Origin: Fistulifera solaris
Lineage: Eukaryota
Direction: 5' to 3'
DNA: 64,000 nucleotides
NCBI GenBank assembly: GCA_030295235.1
Contig: AP026125.1
Coordinates: 620,001-684,000, forward strand
Shown here: positions 59,269 through 64,000 of the stretch, in pieces
Position numbering within the stretch: position 1 is the stretch's first letter
Layout: the number at the start of each line of letters is the position of its first letter
Notes under the pieces: generated by a model
Database searches by the model: none
What the model was told of the DNA's origin: nothing
The model's input: the letters and a program-made list of their open reading frames with translations, nothing else
Translations under genes and position numbers: made by a program

Positions 59269-60736
59269 TTGCTACTTATCCGTGCTATGCTTCCGGCGGA
59301 AGGTCTGGCTTCATTGCCATGTTTTGTGGGCTTTGATTTGGGAACATCCGGCGCTCGGATTTCCATCATTCGACCCAGCAATGATTCATCAAGCTATCAA
59401 GAATTGCATTCTGATACAGTTTCGTGGAGTGATGAGAAACGATATGACGATCCTGACGCGTGGATGAGTGCCGTCGCCATTTTGTTGGAGGGTTCTGCCG
59501 CCTATCTGTCGTCGGTGGCATCCATTTGTTTTTTCGGGAACGTCGGCCAGCTGCTTGCTGATCGACAGAGCCAACGCTGGGGCAGTGACGCGACGTCCTC
59601 GTATGTATGATTATGATGTGTGTCACTCAGTGGATCCCATTTACGGCGTTCGGGCCTTGACTCGCTTGGAGTCGTTCGCGCCTCCGCAACACACCACCCG
59701 CAGTCCGACGAGTTCCTTGGCCAAATTACTGGCGTGGCACGAGCAAACCCCACTGACGAAACAGGAAGCATTGGCGCATCAAGCGGATTATTTGGCACTG
59801 CAGTTCCTCTCGGAAAACAAGGCATGTGGGTCTGGTCCGAGTAACTTTCGGTCCGTCTCTTCCGATTGGCACAATTGTCTGAAATTAGGCTATGACGTGC
59901 GAAATCTGTGCTGGCCTTCGTGGTTGCTGGATTGCTTGAGTCAAGCAAACATCGATCCGCGCAATGTTTTACCGGAAAAGGTGGTTTCACCCGGTGAACC
60001 GTTCGGAACGATTAGTCGTCGAATGGCCGAACGATTTGGTTTGCCGGCAACGACCGTCATCGTTGGAGGGACGACCGATTCCAATGCAGCGTTCTTTGCT
60101 TCCTGTCCTTCGACGGCAAACGTGGGTACAGCCGTGACATCGCTTGGAAGCACACTGGCGATCAAACAGACCAGTAGAAATTACATCGAGGACGCTAGCG
60201 TTGGTGTTTACAGCCATCGCTTTCCTTCTGTCCTCATGCCTGCGTCGACGTCCGAAGCTTATTGGCTAGCAGGAGGGGCTAGTAACGTTGGCTGTGCGGT
60301 ATTACGGCAGCAGAATTTTACAAATGATGAATTGCGGGATTTGAGTTTACTCATCGATCCAAATGTGGATTCGCACTATCGATACTACCCGCTCACGAAG
60401 AAAGGCGAGCGGTTCCCAGTCGCCGATAGCAACAAAGAACCTATTCTGCATCCTGTTCCCAATGATCGAGCTGAATACTTACATGGGATATTGCAAGGAA
60501 TAAGTGATGTGGAATGCGGTGGTTATTTGGCTCTTAGCAAGCTAGGAGCTGATCCACCGATCCCACATACAATATTCACCAGTGGGGGAGGGGGCAAAAA
60601 TGAGATGTGGAGAAGCATGCGGCAGAGGAGACTGACAGATACCTTCAAGGAAAACGTCCAAGTGCTTCGTGCACAGAACTCGGAACCATCTTTCGGAGCT
60701 GCTGTTCTTGCTGCCGCTCATCTGCGTGTCTCATGA
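59269..60736 (+). CDS. FGGY carbohydrate kinase (D-ribulose/xylulose kinase-like); frameshift near 59530
   Basis: GFDLGTSGAR, SGTSAS, GGTTDSNAA, SLGSTL, GGASNVG and GERFP. Confidence 0.88.
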
Positions 60737-61046
60737 CAAACAAATATATGAAAGAGCTTGTTCGACATTGAAATCACCAACAAACCACACGCCGATTTTC
60801 GCCATACCAATTGTTAAACAAAGCAGAGGATTGACGTGATTTGATAGTGTTATCGATAAAATACAGACGATCAATCAGCGCCAACGAAAGGGCGCGACAA
60901 AGTCCGTCGAATAATAACGAAATGGGAGAATAACGTAAATCGAAAAGCGTCTAGTCAGTTTTATTTCTAGATTTTCAATCTAGAGAGTGATCTCAAACAA
61001 ACGGAAACGGGGATGTTATAATTACGCAGCCGCATTTCTAAGCTTT

Positions 61047-62753
61047 TTATCCACTCGATGCTCTGCGCGTGCATTTTGTGTTCTCATTGCCATCATTTTC
61101 GTCGTCTGATTTCTCAGTTTTCTCTGTCTTCTCAAACGCCATCTTCCGAACTCGAATATAGCTCTTATTACGCAAGAAAACTTTCTTTTGCAGTCTTCCG
61201 GAAGGATCTGGTTCTGGCTTGCCTCCTTCCAGATACTGAAAGGCCAAAGTAGCATGCTCCGGCGACCGAAAGACAACATGCGTTTTTCCCATGCTGCCCT
61301 GGAATTCAATTGTCTCGACAGATAACGGCTTGATGTCAGCATGCGCGAGGAACAGGTTAGTCAGGTGTTCCTCGTTTACAGTATTCGGGATGCGGTGCAC
61401 AAAGAGCTGAGAAGCATAGAAGGTAAACGACTTGGCAGAAGAGGGAGTATTCGAAGACCGATCAATGGTCTTCATATCGCTGCCTTTTGCAAGTAGTACT
61501 CCAAACATTCCAGAGCTGTAAGGGCATCATTCACCGAGTCGTGTGTCTCCGGCATATCCTTTCCAAGAATCGATTTTGCCGAGTCCTTCAATGACACGGT
61601 TGCCGTTTCCGAGTCGGTCGCCTTGAATAGGAGAGCCGAATCGACCACACAATAATGTTCCATACGAACAGCGGCGAGATCATTGTGAACAGCGTGACCT
61701 ACGATGACAGTCTCTTCACTGCAAAGCGCCATCAAGAACGCTTGCGCGTGTCGAACAGTGAATTGGACATTTTCGAGATGTTCCTCGGTTATTCCGTTCA
61801 CCCATGAACGATGGTTGGAAACAGGCCAAGCCGGTTTGCAAAGTGAATCGAGCAAAACTTCCTTCGTCACAGCATCCACAATCGAGATACGGCACAGCGC
61901 ATTAAAATTCTTGTCTCCCGAAACAGGATCTTGCGTCTCACACATCTCGCAATCAATAGCGATAACTTGTGGGAGCTTTTCACACCATGGGCCGTATGGC
62001 TTGGCTTTGACCCATCCATTCGCACTACAGATACCTGATTCTTCATCTTTCTGTTTGTATTTCGCGAAGTTGTAGTTGATGGCAAACGCTTTCGAGGATT
62101 GTGTCGTCTGGATGGCGTTGATCCACTTTTTGGCCGCGGGATTCGACTTGGGAAGCATGAAACCGTCCGTTTCATTCTTTTTCTTCTGAATTTCAGTTGC
62201 GGTCTTCTCTTCTTTGGAAGGAACTTTTGTTTCATCTTTCTTCGACGAAGTATTCTTTGCGGTCGGCACGGAGAATGAGGCGATGGGGAGATTCAAATTA
62301 AGGAATGGGGGCGTGGTCGATTCCACAGGGGTTTTGGGTACCTTCTTTTGCTTGTTATTATTCAAAGGTGTAGTAGAGCTGGGGTTGACAGTCGTTTCGA
62401 CTTTGACTTTCTTTTGGGGTTGGCAAGGGGAGGTCGTCCTCGGAGCGTTTTCCCCTGCGATTTTTTCTTTTTTGCGGCGCTATCTTCGCCTCCCTTATTT
62501 CTCGGAGGAGCGAAAGGATCATTCTTGTCGTCATTCTGTTTCGACTTACCCATTTCTGGTTCGCTTTCCGAGCTCACCACAGAACCGTGCTCGGTAACTT
62601 TGTGAATGTCGTCGGACGCGTTCACTTCGTGAGAAAACTTACATGAATCACCGTGTCGACAGCCAGCCGCCGTTACAAAAAGGCACACGGCGCCTTTTTC
62701 CCGTCAGCTGGTGCAGCGAAAAGCTTGTATTTCTTGTTGCTCATTGTTGACAT
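61047..62753 (-). CDS. CCCH zinc finger + DEDDh exonuclease + RRM-like protein; frameshifts near 62680, 62365 and 61490
   Basis: C(AF)FVTAAGCRHGDSCKFSH; IAIDCEMC, VGHAVHND and HDSVNDA; LFVHRIP and THVVF. Confidence 0.85.
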
Positions 62754-63430
62754 GTACGTAGTATGCTGTTTATTATCGAAAAGATCTTCGAAATGGGTAC
62801 GAAAGAATTTTTTGTTGATCGATGCATGCTTTTATTGGTTGGCCCGCCCTTTCCCGTACAAATGACGGACGGAACAAGGCCGATTGTCTATCCGGTACTA
62901 CTATCTCTAGGTCGGAAACAGCTTCTGTACAGCATGTGCCGCATTGGCTTTTGGTCTTGGCACGCGTTCATTCACGCGGGTGACAAAGCGCGCAAAAATC
63001 CTACGCACCCATTTCTGTGATACTACATTGTCTCCTATACAAAGAACAGGAGGCCGCGAAATTGACAAGCACGATTGACGGCGTCGTTCCTTTGTCCATG
63101 AAAATCGTACACTAGCTTCCGTGTAATTTTCCGTTGGAAGATGTTTTACGTTCCGTTCGCACGCTTTGATAGGACTGATTTTCGGTAACAGTAATAAATA
63201 ATTTGAGTCCTCCGAGGAAAACTGTAGTCCGTGGCAGTACTATCGCGCGACTGTTCGCTTTTCTCGTCCGCAACGAAAACCAAAGCTGAACAAACAAGTC
63301 CACTTTTCGGCAGCTTCCACCGCCAAATCAACACAACTCCTTTTGGCTTTTGGACGAAAGGTTGATCCTCGGAGCCGCCAAGCCACACAAAAAAGCTTGT
63401 CATTTCCCCTTTCATCCTCTAAATTCGAAG

Positions 63431-64000
63431 ATGAAGTTTGCGTTAAGAACTACCGCCTGGTTGCTGGCTCTCGGCATCGCCTCGTTGGCTTCCGCTCAAT
63501 CGACGGGTGCCTGCGTCGAAACGATTAACGATATTGCGCTCCGCGAAAGCTTGGTGACGGATACGTCGCTTCTTCGAACGTACACGTTATGCTCCCAAAT
63601 CACTCACACAATTGGGACACTCGACTTGAACTACGATCTGGTTGACGGACAAGTCATGTTGCCCTTACGACCGAACATGAAAATCCAATGCGGCGTCGAC
63701 GGAAAGAAGGAAAACAATTGCTTGATCACCGGAGGAGATATTCAAGTCGACGGCACGTCGCGCTTTGGGATTGGTGCTGACGTGCCTCTGGATAACATTG
63801 AGTTTCAGGGTATCACCTTTCAAAGCAGCTCTCAGTACAGTGTATGGCTGACGCGTCCTGGATCGGTTACCTTTACGGACTGTGTGTTCCGCGTAAGTTC
63901 CTTTCATTGTTGATTAACGGTCGCTGAGTGCTGTATCTGACCCTTGTTGTCTTTCTCTTTTCGTGGTTTCACAGGACAACTCCCAGGCAATTACACCCGT
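63431..64000 (+). CDS. Secreted beta-rich protein (possible parallel beta-helix), truncated by the window end; intron from ~63893
   Basis: Signal MKFALRTTAWLLALGIASLASA; IQCG..G...NNCLITGG, IEFQGITF and VTFTDCVF. Confidence 0.7.

Overview
Gene-dense eukaryotic nuclear DNA, most likely from a pennate diatom. This rests on short GT-AG introns, ASAFAP-like plastid presequences, DUF6824-type proteins, a diatom-style HSF and a TKL kinase. About 27 protein genes are supported, including SMC4, UDP-glucose dehydrogenase, an ABCC transporter, a PsuG-PsuK fusion, an MPBQ/MSBQ methyltransferase and a RING-ankyrin-2OG-oxygenase fusion. Many genes, including the essential SMC4, break frame at homopolymers, which points to unpolished long-read errors. 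The most unusual signals are non-coding: (1) two CATG-ended TIR elements with 7-bp target-site duplications, together with abundant intergenic 7-bp tandem duplications; (2) over-represented TA-N5-TA footprints and a 69-bp hairpin element present twice; (3) a dispersed ~220-240-bp element marked by a GACTG-N5-CAGTC dyad that has locally amplified into an array; (4) a 248-bp array with trimeric higher-order structure; (5) two related satellites. Two features missed by the ORF track are a 6-nt microexon and a small secreted Cys-rich peptide gene. All homology calls come from motif recognition, not database searches.
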